Positions 40,642 to 50,795 of a stretch of 62,318 nt of DNA are shown here, piece by piece. Source of the DNA: Pseudomonadota bacterium (GTDB taxonomy: Bacteria > Pseudomonadota > Gammaproteobacteria > Burkholderiales > SG8-39). The stretch spans positions 1-62,318 of the forward strand of contig JAFEDL010000076.1 in assembly GCA_018241645.1 (NCBI GenBank), written 5' to 3'. Numbering within the stretch: position 1 is the stretch's first letter; each line of letters starts with the position of its first letter. The notes under the pieces are model-generated. The model was given only the letters and a program-made list of their open reading frames with translations, was not told where the DNA came from and made no database searches. The position numbers were made by a program, and so were the translations under genes.

Positions 40642-43326
40642 ATGTCTGCCGTTCCCCAATTCCCCGCCGCCAACGATCCGGATTCCCAGGAAACCCGGGA
40701 ATGGCTCGATGCCCTCGAGGCAGTCATGGAGCGGGAGGGCCCGGAGCGAGCCCACTTCCTGCTCCAGAAGCTGATCGACACGGCACGCCGCGCCGGGGCC
40801 TACCTGCCGTTTTCGGCCAACACCGCCTACCTCAACACCATTCCGCCGCACATGGAGGAGCGCTCGCCCGGGGATCATGCGCTCGAGGAGCGCATCCGCT
40901 CGTACGCCCGCTGGAATGCGATGGTGATGGTGGCGAAGGCCAACAAGGTCGAGGGGGACCTTGGCGGGCACATCGCGAGCTTTGCGTCGGTAGGCACGCT
41001 GTTCGGCATCGGGTTCAACCATTTCTGGCACGCGCCTTCGGAGAACCACGGCGGCGACCTCATCTATTTCCAGGGGCATTCGGCGCCCGGCATCTATGCC
41101 CGCGCATACATGGAAGGCCGCCTCACCGAGGAGCAGCTGCTCAATTTCCGCCGCGACGTCGACGGCAAGGGCATCACTTCCTACCCGCACCCCTGGCTCA
41201 TGCCGGATTTCTGGCAGTTCCCGACGGTGTCGATGGGCCTGGGACCGCTGCAGGCGATCTACCAGGCGCGCTTCCTGAAATACATGCACGCTAGGGGACT
41301 GGCGAACACCGAGAACCGCAAGGTCTGGGTGTTCTGCGGCGACGGCGAGATGGATGAGCCCGAGTCGCTGGGCGCGATCGGCATGGCGGTGCGCGAGAAG
41401 CTCGACAACCTGATCTTCGTCGTCAACTGCAACCTGCAACGGCTCGACGGCCCGGTGCGCGGCAACGGCAAGATCGTCCAGGAGCTCGAAGCCGACTTTC
41501 GCGGCGCCGGCTGGAACGTGATCAAGCTGCTCTGGGGCTCGTACTGGGATCCGCTGCTTGCGCGCGACAAGGACGGCGCGCTGCAGAAGGTGATGCAGGA
41601 CACCGTGGACGGCGAATACCAGAACTTCAAGGCCAATGACGGCGCCTTTGTCAGGAAGCATTTCTTCGGCAAGGACCCGCGCCTGCTGGAAATGGTGTCG
41701 CGCATGAGCGACGACGACATCTGGCGACTGAATCGAGGCGGCCACGACCCGCACAAGATCTACGCGGCTTATGCCGCGGCGGTGAAGCACAAGGGCCAGC
41801 CTACCGTGATCCTTGCCAAGACCGTGAAGGGCTACGGCATGGGCAAGATCGGCGAGGGCAAGAACACCACGCACCAGCAAAAGAAGATGGACATCGATTC
41901 CATCCGCCAGATGCGCGACCGGTTCAACATCCCGATCCCGGACGACAAGCTCGGGGACCTGCCGTTCTACAAGCCGGCGCCGGACTCGCCCGAGATGAAG
42001 TACCTGCTGGAGCGCCGCGCCGCGCTGGGCGGGTTCCTGCCGCAGCGCCGCCGCCAGGCGTTCCAGGCGCTCCCCGTCCCCAAGCTCGAGGTATTCGAGG
42101 CGCAGCTCAAGAGCTCCGAGGGCCGCGAGATCTCGACCACGATGGCTTTCGTGCGCATCCTCACAACGCTGCTGCGCGACAAGCACCTGGGCAGGCAGAT
42201 CGTCCCCATCGTCCCCGACGAGGCCCGTACTTTCGGCATGGAAGGCATGTTCCGCCAGCTCGGCATCTTTTCGCAGGAAGGCCAGAAATACGAGCCGGTC
42301 GACAAGGACCAGGTCATGTACTACCGGGAGGACAAGGCGGGACAGGTCCTGGAGGAGGGCATCAACGAAGCCGGCGCGTTCTCCTCATGGATTGCGGCCG
42401 CGACCGCCTACTCCACGAGCGGGGTGAACATGATCCCCTTCTATATCTTCTACTCGATGTTCGGCATGCAGAGGATCGGCGACCTCGCCTGGGCGGCGGC
42501 GGACCAGCGCGCGCGCGGCTTCCTGCTCGGCGGCACCGCGGGCCGCACGACCCTGAACGGCGAGGGACTGCAGCACGAGGACGGCCACAGCCACATCCTC
42601 TCTTCGGTGATACCGAATTGCGTATCCTACGACCCGACCTTCGCGTACGAGCTTGCCGTGATCATCCAGAACGGCCTGTCGCGCATGATCGCGAAGCAGG
42701 AGGACGTGTACTACTACATCACCGTGATGAACGAGAACTACGAGCATCCGGCGATGCCCGAGGGAGTGGAGGAGGGGATCCTGAAGGGGCTGTACCCGTT
42801 CTCGGAATCGGCTTCCAAATCCAAGACCCGGGTGCAGCTGCTCGGTTCGGGCACGATCCTGCGCGAGGTGATAGCCGCCGCTGAACTCCTGGAAAAGGAC
42901 TGGGGCGTGGCTGCGGACGTATGGAGCGCGCCGAGCTTCACCGAACTCAGGCGCGAAGGCCTCGCGACCGATCGCTGGAACCTCCTGCACCCCGAAGACA
43001 AGCCCCGCATGTCCCACGTCGAGCAGTGCCTGGCGAAGCGCGCGGGCCCGGTGGTTGCCGCATCGGACTACATGAAGACCTTTGCCGAGCAGATCCGCCC
43101 GTTTGTGCCGAAAGGCAAGGTCTACCGGGTGCTCGGTACCGACGGCTTCGGCCGGTCGGACACGCGCGCGCAGCTGCGCCATTTCTTCGAGGTCAACCGC
43201 TACTGGGTGACGATCGCCGCGCTGAAGGCGCTCGTGGACCAGGGCGAGCTCAAGGCGAAGACGGTGTCCGAAGCCATCGCCAAGTACGGCATCGATCCGG
43301 CGAAACCCGATCCAACGACGGTCTAG
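40642..43326 (+). CDS. aceE: pyruvate dehydrogenase E1 component (homodimeric type)
   Basis: 894 aa, AceE-like throughout, with a GDGEMDEPES ThDP-binding motif. Confidence 0.97.
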   Translation: MSAVPQFPAANDPDSQETREWLDALEAVMEREGPERAHFLLQKLIDTARRAGAYLPFSANTAYLNTIPPHMEERSPGDHALEERIRSYARWNAMVMVAKANKVEGDLGGHIASFASVGTLFGIGFNHFWHAPSENHGGDLIYFQGHSAPGIYARAYMEGRLTEEQLLNFRRDVDGKGITSYPHPWLMPDFWQFPTVSMGLGPLQAIYQARFLKYMHARGLANTENRKVWVFCGDGEMDEPESLGAIGMAVREKLDNLIFVVNCNLQRLDGPVRGNGKIVQELEADFRGAGWNVIKLLWGSYWDPLLARDKDGALQKVMQDTVDGEYQNFKANDGAFVRKHFFGKDPRLLEMVSRMSDDDIWRLNRGGHDPHKIYAAYAAAVKHKGQPTVILAKTVKGYGMGKIGEGKNTTHQQKKMDIDSIRQMRDRFNIPIPDDKLGDLPFYKPAPDSPEMKYLLERRAALGGFLPQRRRQAFQALPVPKLEVFEAQLKSSEGREISTTMAFVRILTTLLRDKHLGRQIVPIVPDEARTFGMEGMFRQLGIFSQEGQKYEPVDKDQVMYYREDKAGQVLEEGINEAGAFSSWIAAATAYSTSGVNMIPFYIFYSMFGMQRIGDLAWAAADQRARGFLLGGTAGRTTLNGEGLQHEDGHSHILSSVIPNCVSYDPTFAYELAVIIQNGLSRMIAKQEDVYYYITVMNENYEHPAMPEGVEEGILKGLYPFSESASKSKTRVQLLGSGTILREVIAAAELLEKDWGVAADVWSAPSFTELRREGLATDRWNLLHPEDKPRMSHVEQCLAKRAGPVVAASDYMKTFAEQIRPFVPKGKVYRVLGTDGFGRSDTRAQLRHFFEVNRYWVTIAALKALVDQGELKAKTVSEAIAKYGIDPAKPDPTTV

Positions 43327-43344
43327 AAAAGGCAAACCCCGACA

Positions 43345-43580
43345 ATGGCTGGTTCGATCGAAGTAAAGGTTCCGGATATCGGCGACTTCAAGGAAGTCGG
43401 CGTGATCGAGGTGCTCGTATCCCCCGGCGATCGCGTCGAGAAGGAAGGCTCGCTGATCACGGTGGAATCGGACAAGGCGACGATGGAGATTCCTTCACCG
43501 GTGGCCGGCGTGGTGAAGGAGCTGAAGATCAAGGTCGGCGACAAGGTGGCCGAAGGCTCGCTGATCCTGATCCTCGAGGA
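43345..43580 (+). repeat. Lipoyl-domain coding repeat, copy 1 (aceF 5' end)
   Basis: Aligned by eye with 44676..44911. About 69 of 80 encoded residues are identical, and long identical nucleotide runs occur (e.g. ATCGGCGACTTCAAGGA). Confidence 0.85.
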
Positions 43581-44673
43581 AGCGGCCGGTTCGGCACCGG
43601 CTCCTGCCCCGGCCCCGGCCCAGAAAGCGGCGGCCCAAGCCGCAGTGGCGCCTGCCGCCCCGGCGCCTGCTTCCCCTGCGCCGGTCACGCCCGAAAGCCT
43701 GCCGATCGCAAAGGCCGATCCGGTGCCGCTCGAGCCGCAGGACCTCACAGTCTCCAAGCCGCACGCGAGCCCCTCGATCCGGTTGTTCGCGCGCGAGCTC
43801 GGCGTCGACCTGGGCAAGGTCAGGGGCAGCGGCCTCAAGGGTCGGGTTACGCGCGAGGACGTGCAGGCCTACGTCAAGGGTGCGTTGGCGGGGGCAAAGC
43901 CCGCCGCCGCGCCGGCGGCGCCGGGCGGCATGCCGTTCGGCCTGCCCGAACTGCAGCCCGTTGATTTCGCCAAATTCGGGCCGGTGGAAATCAAGCCGCT
44001 GTCGCGCATCAAGAAGATCTCGGGCGCGTTCCTGCATCGCAACTGGATCTCGATCCCGCACATCACGCAGTTCGACGAGGCCGACATCACCGAGCTGGAG
44101 TCCTTCCGCAAGTCCAATACTGCGGACACGGAGAAGCAGGGCTTCAAGCTGACCATGCTCGCATTCCTGATCAAGGCGAGCGTCACGGCGCTGCGCCAGT
44201 ACCCGGAGTTCAACGCCTCGCTCGACAAGACGGGCGAGAACCTGGTGCTGAAGAAGTACTTCCACATCGGCGTGGCGGTGGACACGCCCGAGGGCCTGGT
44301 GGTCCCGGTCATCCGGGACGCGGACCGCAAGGGCGTGTTCGACCTCGCGCGCGAGCTCGGCGAGGTTTCCAAGCTCGCCAAGGACAAGAAGCTCAAACCC
44401 GGCGACATGCAGGGCGGGACCTTCTCGATTTCAAGCCTGGGCGGGATCGGCGGGACCATGTTCACGCCCATCATCAATGCGCCGGAAGTGGCGATCCTCG
44501 GCGTTTCCCGCTCGGTCATGCGCCCGGTCTGGAACGGCAAGGAGTTCACGCCCCGGCTCGTGCTGCCGCTGTCCCTGTCCTATGACCATCGCGTGATCGA
44601 CGGGGCAGCGGGTGCGCGTTTCACGACCTACCTCGTCTCGGTGCTCTCGGACATCCGCAGGTCGCTGCTCTAG
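43345..44673 (+). CDS. aceF: dihydrolipoamide acetyltransferase E2 (single lipoyl domain)
   Basis: 442 aa with one lipoyl domain ([13 protein letters not shown]), an Ala/Pro linker, an E3-binding domain ([23 protein letters not shown]) and a catalytic DHRVIDGA motif. Confidence 0.95.
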   Translation: MAGSIEVKVPDIGDFKEVGVIEVLVSPGDRVEKEGSLITVESDKATMEIPSPVAGVVKELKIKVGDKVAEGSLILILEEAAGSAPAPAPAPAQKAAAQAAVAPAAPAPASPAPVTPESLPIAKADPVPLEPQDLTVSKPHASPSIRLFARELGVDLGKVRGSGLKGRVTREDVQAYVKGALAGAKPAAAPAAPGGMPFGLPELQPVDFAKFGPVEIKPLSRIKKISGAFLHRNWISIPHITQFDEADITELESFRKSNTADTEKQGFKLTMLAFLIKASVTALRQYPEFNASLDKTGENLVLKKYFHIGVAVDTPEGLVVPVIRDADRKGVFDLARELGEVSKLAKDKKLKPGDMQGGTFSISSLGGIGGTMFTPIINAPEVAILGVSRSVMRPVWNGKEFTPRLVLPLSLSYDHRVIDGAAGARFTTYLVSVLSDIRRSLL

Positions 44674-44675
44674 CC

Positions 44676-44911
44676 ATGGCCAAGATCATCGAAATCAAGG
44701 TCCCGGACATCGGCGACTTCAAGGAGGTCGGCGTCATCGAGGTCCTCGTGAAGCCGGGCGATGCGGTCCAGAAGGAAACCTCGCTCATCACGGTGGAGTC
44801 GGACAAGGCGACCATGGAGATTCCGTCGCCCCTGGCAGGCGTCGTCAAGGAACTCAAGGTCAAGGTCGGGGACAAGGTTGCGGAGGGTTCGCTGGTCCTC
44901 ACGCTCGAGGA
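44676..44911 (+). repeat. Lipoyl-domain coding repeat, copy 2 (lpdA 5' end)
   Basis: See copy 1; the two copies are in direct orientation 1331 bp apart. Confidence 0.85.
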
Positions 44912-46439
44912 GGCGGGCGCGGCCCAGGCGCCGGCACCTGGGCCTGCGGCCGCCGCCGTGTCGCCCGCGCCGCCAGCCCCGGCCGCAATCGTCCCGGCAC
45001 CGGCCAGCCTCCCGGCCGGTGCACCTGCCGACCTGGACTGCGACGTGGTCGTGCTGGGCTCGGGCCCGGGCGGGTATTCCGCCGCATTCCGCGCCGCGGA
45101 CCTCGGCAAGAAGGTCGTGCTGGTGGAACGCTACGCGACGCTCGGGGGTGTCTGCCTGAATGTGGGATGCATCCCTTCCAAGGCCCTGCTGCACGTCGCC
45201 GCGGTCATGGAAGAGGCGCAGCACATGGCCGAGCACGGCATTTCGTTCGGCAAGCCCCAGGTGGACCTGGCGAAGCTTCGCGGGTGGAAGGAAAAGGTGG
45301 TCGGCAAGCTCACAACCGGGCTGGCCGGCATGTCCAAGCTGCGCAAGGTGACTGTGCTGCAGGGTACGGGCAGCTTTGCGGATCCCAATCACCTGGCAGT
45401 CGAAACCAAGGACGGGCGCAAGCTCGTGCGTTTCGCGAATGCGATCATCGCGGCGGGTTCGCAGGCGGCGAAGCTCCCATTCCTGCCCGAAGACCCGCGC
45501 ATCGTGGACTCCACCGGCGCGCTGGAGCTGAAAAGCCTGCCGAAGCGGATGCTGGTGATCGGCGGCGGGATCATCGGGCTGGAGATGGGCACGGTGTATT
45601 CCACGCTCGGCGCCCGCCTGGACGTGGTCGAAATGATGGATTCGCTGATGCTTGGGCCGGACCGCGACCTCGTGGCCGTGTGGCAGAAATTCAACGCGGC
45701 GCGCTTCGACAACGTGATGCTGAAGACCAAAACGGTCAAGGTCGAAGCCACGCCGCAGGGCATCAAGGCCTGGTTCGAGGGCGAGAAGGCGCCGAAAGAC
45801 CCGCAAACCTACGACCTCGTGCTGGTTTCGGTGGGCCGCACGCCCAACGGGAAGAGCATCGGGGCGGACAAGGCGGGCGTCGCGGTGAACGAACGCGGCT
45901 TCATCCCGGTCGACAGCCAGATGCGCACCAACGTGCCGCACATCTTCGCGATCGGCGACATCGTCGGCCAGCCCATGCTCGCGCACAAGGCGGTGCATGA
46001 GGGCCATGTGGCCGCCGAGGCCGCCGCGGGCGAAAAATCGCACTTCGACGCGAGCGTGATCCCGGGTGTGGCCTACACCGATCCGGAAGTCGCGTGGGTC
46101 GGGCTCACCGAGGACGAGGCGAAGAAGCAGGGCGTGAAGGTCGGCGTCGGCAAATTCCCGTGGGCCGCATCCGGCCGGGCCATCGCCAACGGCCGGGACG
46201 AGGGCTTCACGAAGCTCATATTCGATGCCGAAACCCACCGCATCGTCGGGGCGGGCATCGTCGGCACCGGCGCGGGCGACCTGATCAGCGAGCTGGCGCT
46301 GGCGATCGAAATGGGGGCTGACGCGGTCGACATCGGCAAGACGATCCACCCGCACCCGACGCTAGGCGAGTCGGTGGGCATGGCGGCCGAACTGTACGAG
46401 GGCGTGTGCACCGACATGCCGCCGGTGAAGAAGAAATGA
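44676..46439 (+). CDS. lpdA: dihydrolipoyl dehydrogenase E3 with N-terminal lipoyl domain
   Basis: 587 aa with an N-terminal lipoyl domain ([13 protein letters not shown]), then FAD-binding ([14 protein letters not shown]), a redox disulfide ([13 protein letters not shown]) and C-terminal HPHPTLGE. Confidence 0.95.
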   Translation: MAKIIEIKVPDIGDFKEVGVIEVLVKPGDAVQKETSLITVESDKATMEIPSPLAGVVKELKVKVGDKVAEGSLVLTLEEAGAAQAPAPGPAAAAVSPAPPAPAAIVPAPASLPAGAPADLDCDVVVLGSGPGGYSAAFRAADLGKKVVLVERYATLGGVCLNVGCIPSKALLHVAAVMEEAQHMAEHGISFGKPQVDLAKLRGWKEKVVGKLTTGLAGMSKLRKVTVLQGTGSFADPNHLAVETKDGRKLVRFANAIIAAGSQAAKLPFLPEDPRIVDSTGALELKSLPKRMLVIGGGIIGLEMGTVYSTLGARLDVVEMMDSLMLGPDRDLVAVWQKFNAARFDNVMLKTKTVKVEATPQGIKAWFEGEKAPKDPQTYDLVLVSVGRTPNGKSIGADKAGVAVNERGFIPVDSQMRTNVPHIFAIGDIVGQPMLAHKAVHEGHVAAEAAAGEKSHFDASVIPGVAYTDPEVAWVGLTEDEAKKQGVKVGVGKFPWAASGRAIANGRDEGFTKLIFDAETHRIVGAGIVGTGAGDLISELALAIEMGADAVDIGKTIHPHPTLGESVGMAAELYEGVCTDMPPVKKK

Positions 46440-47101
46440 CCCAGGACGAACTGAAGCAGCTGGTGGCCCGCGAGGCGCTGAAGCACGTGGTGGAGGACGC
46501 GGTCGTCGGCGTGGGGTCCGGCTCGACGGTCAACTTCTTCATCGACGCCCTGGCAACCATCAAGGGCCGCATCGAGGGTGCCGTGGCGGCCTCCGAGGCG
46601 AGCGCGGAGCGCCTGAAGAAGCACGGGATCCGGGTGTTCGACCTGAACTCGGTCAACGAGCTGCCGGTGTACGTGGACGGCGCAGACGAGATCACGGAAC
46701 ACATGCACATGATCAAGGGCGGCGGGGGCGCGCTTACCCGCGAGAAGATCATCGCCGCGGTTGCGCGGAAATTCGTGTGCATCTGCGACGCCTCGAAGCT
46801 GGTGCCGGTCCTGGGCCGGTTCCCGCTCCCCGTGGAGGTCATCCCGATGGCGCGCAGCTACGTGGGCAGGGAACTCCTGCGCATGGGCGGCCAGCCGGCC
46901 CTGCGGGAGAACTACAAGACCGACAACGGGAACCTGATCCTCGACTGCCACGGGCTCACCATCATGGATCCGCCGGCGCTCGAGGCGCAGCTCAACAACT
47001 TGGCCGGCGTGGTCACCAACGGCCTGTTCGCGCGGCGCGCGGCCGATGTGCTGCTGCTGGGGTCCCCGGACGGGGTGAAGACGAGCACGGCCAGGCGCTG
47101 A
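46436..47101 (+). CDS. rpiA: ribose-5-phosphate isomerase A
   Basis: The ATG at 46436 overlaps the lpdA stop (ATGA). It is 221 aa with [14 protein letters not shown] and [12 protein letters not shown], all RpiA motifs. Confidence 0.93.
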   Translation: MTQDELKQLVAREALKHVVEDAVVGVGSGSTVNFFIDALATIKGRIEGAVAASEASAERLKKHGIRVFDLNSVNELPVYVDGADEITEHMHMIKGGGGALTREKIIAAVARKFVCICDASKLVPVLGRFPLPVEVIPMARSYVGRELLRMGGQPALRENYKTDNGNLILDCHGLTIMDPPALEAQLNNLAGVVTNGLFARRAADVLLLGSPDGVKTSTARR

Positions 47102-47172
47102 GCGGCATTTCAGGTCACAGTCCTGTAATACGCCTGTGCTAAGCTAAATCCCTCTTTGAAGAGGGTTACTCG

Positions 47173-47871
47173 ATGGCTGAGCACATCTCCAAGCAGTTCG
47201 ACGCCGAGCTCGAAAACGTGCGGTCGCGGGTCCTGCAGATGGGCGGCCTGGTCGAGGAGCAGATCGTCCAGGCGATGGAAGGCCTGCACTCCGGCAACAT
47301 GGAGGAGATCGAGCGCGTCATCGCCAGCGACCACCTGGTCAACGCTATGGAGGTGGAGCTCGACGAATCGTGCAGCCACATCATCGCGCGCCGCCAGCCC
47401 GCCGCCGGCGACCTTCGCCTGCTCATCACCGTGATCAAGACCATCACCGACCTGGAGAGGATCGGCGACGAGGCCGAGAAGATCGCGCGCATGGCCAAGC
47501 TCATCCATACCGCCGAGCGGCTGCACATGCCGCGCATGGACCTCTCGCACATCGCCGGCCGCGCCGTCCAGATGCTGCGCCAGTCCCTCGACTGCTTTGC
47601 GCGCCTCGACGTCGCGGCGGCCATGGCGGTGGTCAAGCAGGACAGCGAGGTGGACAACTCGTTCCGGGCCATCATGCGCCAGCTGATCACGTTCATGATG
47701 GAGGATCCCCGCACCATCACGCGTTCGCTCGAGATCCTGTTCATCGCCAAGGCCCTGGAGCGCGTGGGCGACCACTCCAAGAACATGGCCGAGTACGTGA
47801 TCTACATGGTGAAGGGGCGGGACGTCCGCCACACCTCGATCGAAGAGGTGGAGCGGGAGCTGCTCGAGTAG
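47173..47871 (+). CDS. phoU: phosphate signalling complex protein PhoU
   Basis: 232 aa with two PhoU repeats carrying E(D)xxERIGD motifs (DLERIGDEAEKIA, ALERVGDHSKNMA). Confidence 0.9.
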   Translation: MAEHISKQFDAELENVRSRVLQMGGLVEEQIVQAMEGLHSGNMEEIERVIASDHLVNAMEVELDESCSHIIARRQPAAGDLRLLITVIKTITDLERIGDEAEKIARMAKLIHTAERLHMPRMDLSHIAGRAVQMLRQSLDCFARLDVAAAMAVVKQDSEVDNSFRAIMRQLITFMMEDPRTITRSLEILFIAKALERVGDHSKNMAEYVIYMVKGRDVRHTSIEEVERELLE

Positions 47872-47875
47872 GGCG

Positions 47876-48148
47876 TCAGCTGTTCGGCGGGACGTACCCC
47901 GCGGCCGCGTCGGCGCCGTCGCCGAAGAAGTGCTTTTCCATCTGCTCGACGAGGTACTTGCGCGCCTTGGGGTCGGCGAGGTTCAGGCGGTTCTCGTTCA
48001 CGAGCATGGTCTGGTGGCGAAGCCACTGCTGCCACGCTTCCTTCGACACGTTCTCAAAAATGCGCTTGCCGAGCTCTCCCGGGTAGGTCGGGCGGTCGAG
48101 CCCTTCCGCTTCGCGCCCCAGCTTCACGCACATCACCATCCTAGTCAT
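47876..48148 (-). CDS. yggX: oxidative damage protection / Fe(2+)-trafficking protein YggX
   Basis: 90 aa and YggX-like throughout ([42 protein letters not shown]). Confidence 0.9.
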   Translation of the reverse strand: MTRMVMCVKLGREAEGLDRPTYPGELGKRIFENVSKEAWQQWLRHQTMLVNENRLNLADPKARKYLVEQMEKHFFGDGADAAAGYVPPNS

Positions 48149-48180
48149 GGGTGTTTCCTCTCATCCGGAAGGACGCGATT

Positions 48181-49503
48181 CTAGCGCAGGCGCTTTCTGA
48201 ACACCTTGGAATTGCGCTTCCAGTTGTAGAGCGCCTGCTTCTTTTCGGGCAGCGTGCTCACGTCCGCGGGCTTGAACCCCTGCTCGAGGAACCAGTGGGC
48301 GGCCCGGGTGGTCAGGGCGAACAGGCGCCGGATCCTCAGGGCCCGGGCGCGTTCCTCGCAGGCGTGCAGCAACTGCTCGCCGTACCCGGCGTCGCGATAC
48401 TCCGGGGCGACTGCGAAGCACGCGAACTCGGCGCTCTTTTCCTCTGGGAACGCGTACAGCGCCGCGCAGCCGACGATCACGCCGTCGTGCTCGATCACGG
48501 TGAAATTGCCGATCTCGCGCTCCAGCATCTCGCGATTGCGCTTGACCAGCGCCCCTTCCGCCTCCAGCGGCTCGATGAGGGCGATGATGCCCCGCACGTC
48601 CTCGATCCGGGCGGTGCGGATTTCCTCGACCGGGTCGGCCGTGATCATCGTGCCCACGCCGGAATGGGTGAACAGCTCCAGCGGGATTGCGCCCAACACC
48701 CGGCGCGAGAGCAGGTGCGCCCGCCCCACGCCCGAGGCCAGCGCGTCGAGCGCGCAGTTCAGCGTGCGCGCCGCGGCCGGCGCGAGCCCGCTCTTGCCGG
48801 CCATCGCCTTCGCCTGCTTGGCGGTCAGCTCGGCGATGACCTCGCCCTTGCGGTCGGCCGGCAGCCAGTCGGAAAACAGCAGCAGCTTGTCCGCCTTCAG
48901 GGCGATCGCCACGCTTGCCGCAACGTCTTCCCAGCCGAGGTTGAACACCTCCCCGGTGGGCGAGTACCCGATGTGCGGGACCAGGACGATCTCCTCGGCC
49001 TCGAGCCTGCGCCTGATCGCCACGGAGTCCACCTTGCGGACGGTGCCGGTGAACTGCAGGTCGATCCCGTCGATGATGCCGATGGGACGCGCGGTGATGA
49101 AATTCCCGGACGCCACGCGGATGTCGGCGCCGGCCATCGGCGAATTCGGCAGGCCCTGCGAAAGGAGCGCCTCGAGCTCCACGCGCAGCGCGCCGGCCGC
49201 GTGCTTTACCGCCACGAGCGCGGCGTCGTCCGTGATGCGCTGGCCCTTTGCGAATCGCGAGCGCTGGCCGCTCGCCTTGAGCGCGGCCTCGATCTGAGGT
49301 CGGGCGCCATGCACGAGCACCAGCCGGATGCCCAGCGCCGCAAGCAGGTTGATGTCCTGGATGAAGTGGATGAAGCGCGCGCGATCGGTGACCAGTTCCC
49401 CGCCGAAGGCCACCACGAAGGTTCGGCCGCCAAAGGCGTGCAGGTAGGGCGCGGTCTGGCGGAACCAGCGGACGAAGGCTTCGGGCTGCGGTGAAGGGGG
49501 CAT
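48181..49503 (-). CDS. argA: amino-acid N-acetyltransferase (N-acetylglutamate synthase)
   Basis: 440 aa with an N-terminal amino-acid-kinase fold (FVVAFGGE, LVLVHGARPQI) and a C-terminal GNAT domain (GCAALYAFPEEKSAEFACFAVAPEYRDAGYGEQLL). Confidence 0.93.
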   Translation of the reverse strand: MPPSPQPEAFVRWFRQTAPYLHAFGGRTFVVAFGGELVTDRARFIHFIQDINLLAALGIRLVLVHGARPQIEAALKASGQRSRFAKGQRITDDAALVAVKHAAGALRVELEALLSQGLPNSPMAGADIRVASGNFITARPIGIIDGIDLQFTGTVRKVDSVAIRRRLEAEEIVLVPHIGYSPTGEVFNLGWEDVAASVAIALKADKLLLFSDWLPADRKGEVIAELTAKQAKAMAGKSGLAPAAARTLNCALDALASGVGRAHLLSRRVLGAIPLELFTHSGVGTMITADPVEEIRTARIEDVRGIIALIEPLEAEGALVKRNREMLEREIGNFTVIEHDGVIVGCAALYAFPEEKSAEFACFAVAPEYRDAGYGEQLLHACEERARALRIRRLFALTTRAAHWFLEQGFKPADVSTLPEKKQALYNWKRNSKVFRKRLR

Positions 49504-49637
49504 GCGCGCTGTGCCGGGTTGGTTGCGGTGTTTGAACGGAGGTCTCCTGAATATTATGCCAGTTCAGGACGTTACGACCCGGCGGTCAACGCGGGGGCTG
49601 CGCGGGCGTTAATCACGGTTAGACGATCGGGGGGCCT

Positions 49638-50015
49638 ATGCGCGCGATGCGAACGATTCTGGCGGGAGTGCTGCTGGTTGCAGGTCAGACCCACGCGTAC
49701 GCTGCTGACGACGAGGACTGGCAGCTGTTCGGGCGGGTCCTGTCGCTCATGCAGTCGGTCGTGCATGGCGCGGCCGAGTCAAACGATCCTCGCGCCCTCG
49801 AAAAAGGGGTGGATCGCCTCCTGTCGGGCGAGCACCGCGAGGCCAACAGGCTGGCCGCAGACCTGCTTGGCGACGCGTTCGAGGACATGCCGGCCGAATA
49901 CAAGGACAAGGCGCTCGCCCTCGCCAAGGACCTGGCGACGATTGCACGCAAGGAGCGCGCGCGTCAGGAGTATATGCAGCCCCGGTGGGCCGACCCGGCG
50001 GACGCGGGCCGCTAG
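49638..50015 (+). CDS. small secreted protein of unknown function
   Basis: 125 aa with a signal peptide (MRTILAGVLLVAGQTHAYA), then an acidic, helical-looking sequence. I recognise no family. Confidence 0.5.
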   Translation: MRAMRTILAGVLLVAGQTHAYAADDEDWQLFGRVLSLMQSVVHGAAESNDPRALEKGVDRLLSGEHREANRLAADLLGDAFEDMPAEYKDKALALAKDLATIARKERARQEYMQPRWADPADAGR

Positions 50016-50755
50016 CCGTCGCCGTACAGCGCGTTCAGCGCGGCGAGGGCCGCAGGCCCCGCGGTTTCGGTGCGCAGGATCCTCGGACCAAGGTGGACCG
50101 GAACAAACCCGGCCGAGACGAACAGGGCTTCTTCCCGGGGACTGAACCCTGCTTCAGGGCCGGCCGCGAACACGACGGGCCTGCCCGAAGCGGACTGCAC
50201 CGAGCGCAGGCCGGATTGGGCGCCGGGCGCGAGCAGCAGCTTCAAGGCGCCCTGCGGGGCCTGGTAGGCGGCTACCGGCACGGCGGCGGCTACTGCGGGC
50301 ACGCGATTGCGGCCGCACTGCTCGCATGCGGAGGCCGCCACGCGCTGCCAGTGCTCGCGCCGCGAGTCGCCGCGCTCCCCCTTCAGTTTCACCACGGATC
50401 GTTCTGCGAGCACCGGCTGGATCGCGGCCACGCCCAGTTCGACGACCTTCTGGATCGTCAGGTCCATCCTGTCGCCGGAAGAAATGCCCTGGACCAGCGT
50501 GACGTCGAGCGGCGACTCCCGCTCGAGCGGCGAGAACTGGCCGATCTCGACCTCCACCTCGTCGCGCGTGATCCGGACGATGTGCGCCTGGTACTCCCCG
50601 CCGGTGCCGCTGAATAGGACGACGGCATCCGTTTCGCGCAACCGCAGCACCCGCGAGGCGTGATGGCCGGCGTCCCGGGGCAGCACAAGGCGCGTGCCCG
50701 GGGCCAAGGCGGCGCCGAGGTGAAAGCGCGGGGTACGGGAAAGGGCGGTGCTCAT
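50012..50755 (-). CDS. rsmE: 16S rRNA (uracil1498-N3)-methyltransferase
   Basis: The start MSTALSRTPRFHL lies inside ORF 50012..51109. It has RsmE blocks (HHASRVLRLR, TLVQGISSGDRMDLTIQKVVELGV, GPEAGFSPRE, LGPRILRTETA) and is 247 aa. Confidence 0.88.
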   Translation of the reverse strand: MSTALSRTPRFHLGAALAPGTRLVLPRDAGHHASRVLRLRETDAVVLFSGTGGEYQAHIVRITRDEVEVEIGQFSPLERESPLDVTLVQGISSGDRMDLTIQKVVELGVAAIQPVLAERSVVKLKGERGDSRREHWQRVAASACEQCGRNRVPAVAAAVPVAAYQAPQGALKLLLAPGAQSGLRSVQSASGRPVVFAAGPEAGFSPREEALFVSAGFVPVHLGPRILRTETAGPAALAALNALYGDG

Positions 50756-50795
50756 GGGCCGGGCATTTTCGCACGCGGCCCGGCGACAGGTCCCG

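Noticed and set aside
43600-43700. Ala/Pro-rich repetitive stretches (also 44920-45010) that look like tandem repeats
   Set aside because: These are the normal flexible AP-rich linkers between lipoyl and downstream domains of E2/E3. They are low-complexity coding sequence, not a repeat element or CRISPR-like array.
49545-49569. Inverted repeat TCCTGAA-N11-TTCAGGA upstream of argA, considered as an ARG box
   Set aside because: Only one half resembles the TGAAT core of ArgR boxes. The spacing and second half do not fit, so this is too speculative.
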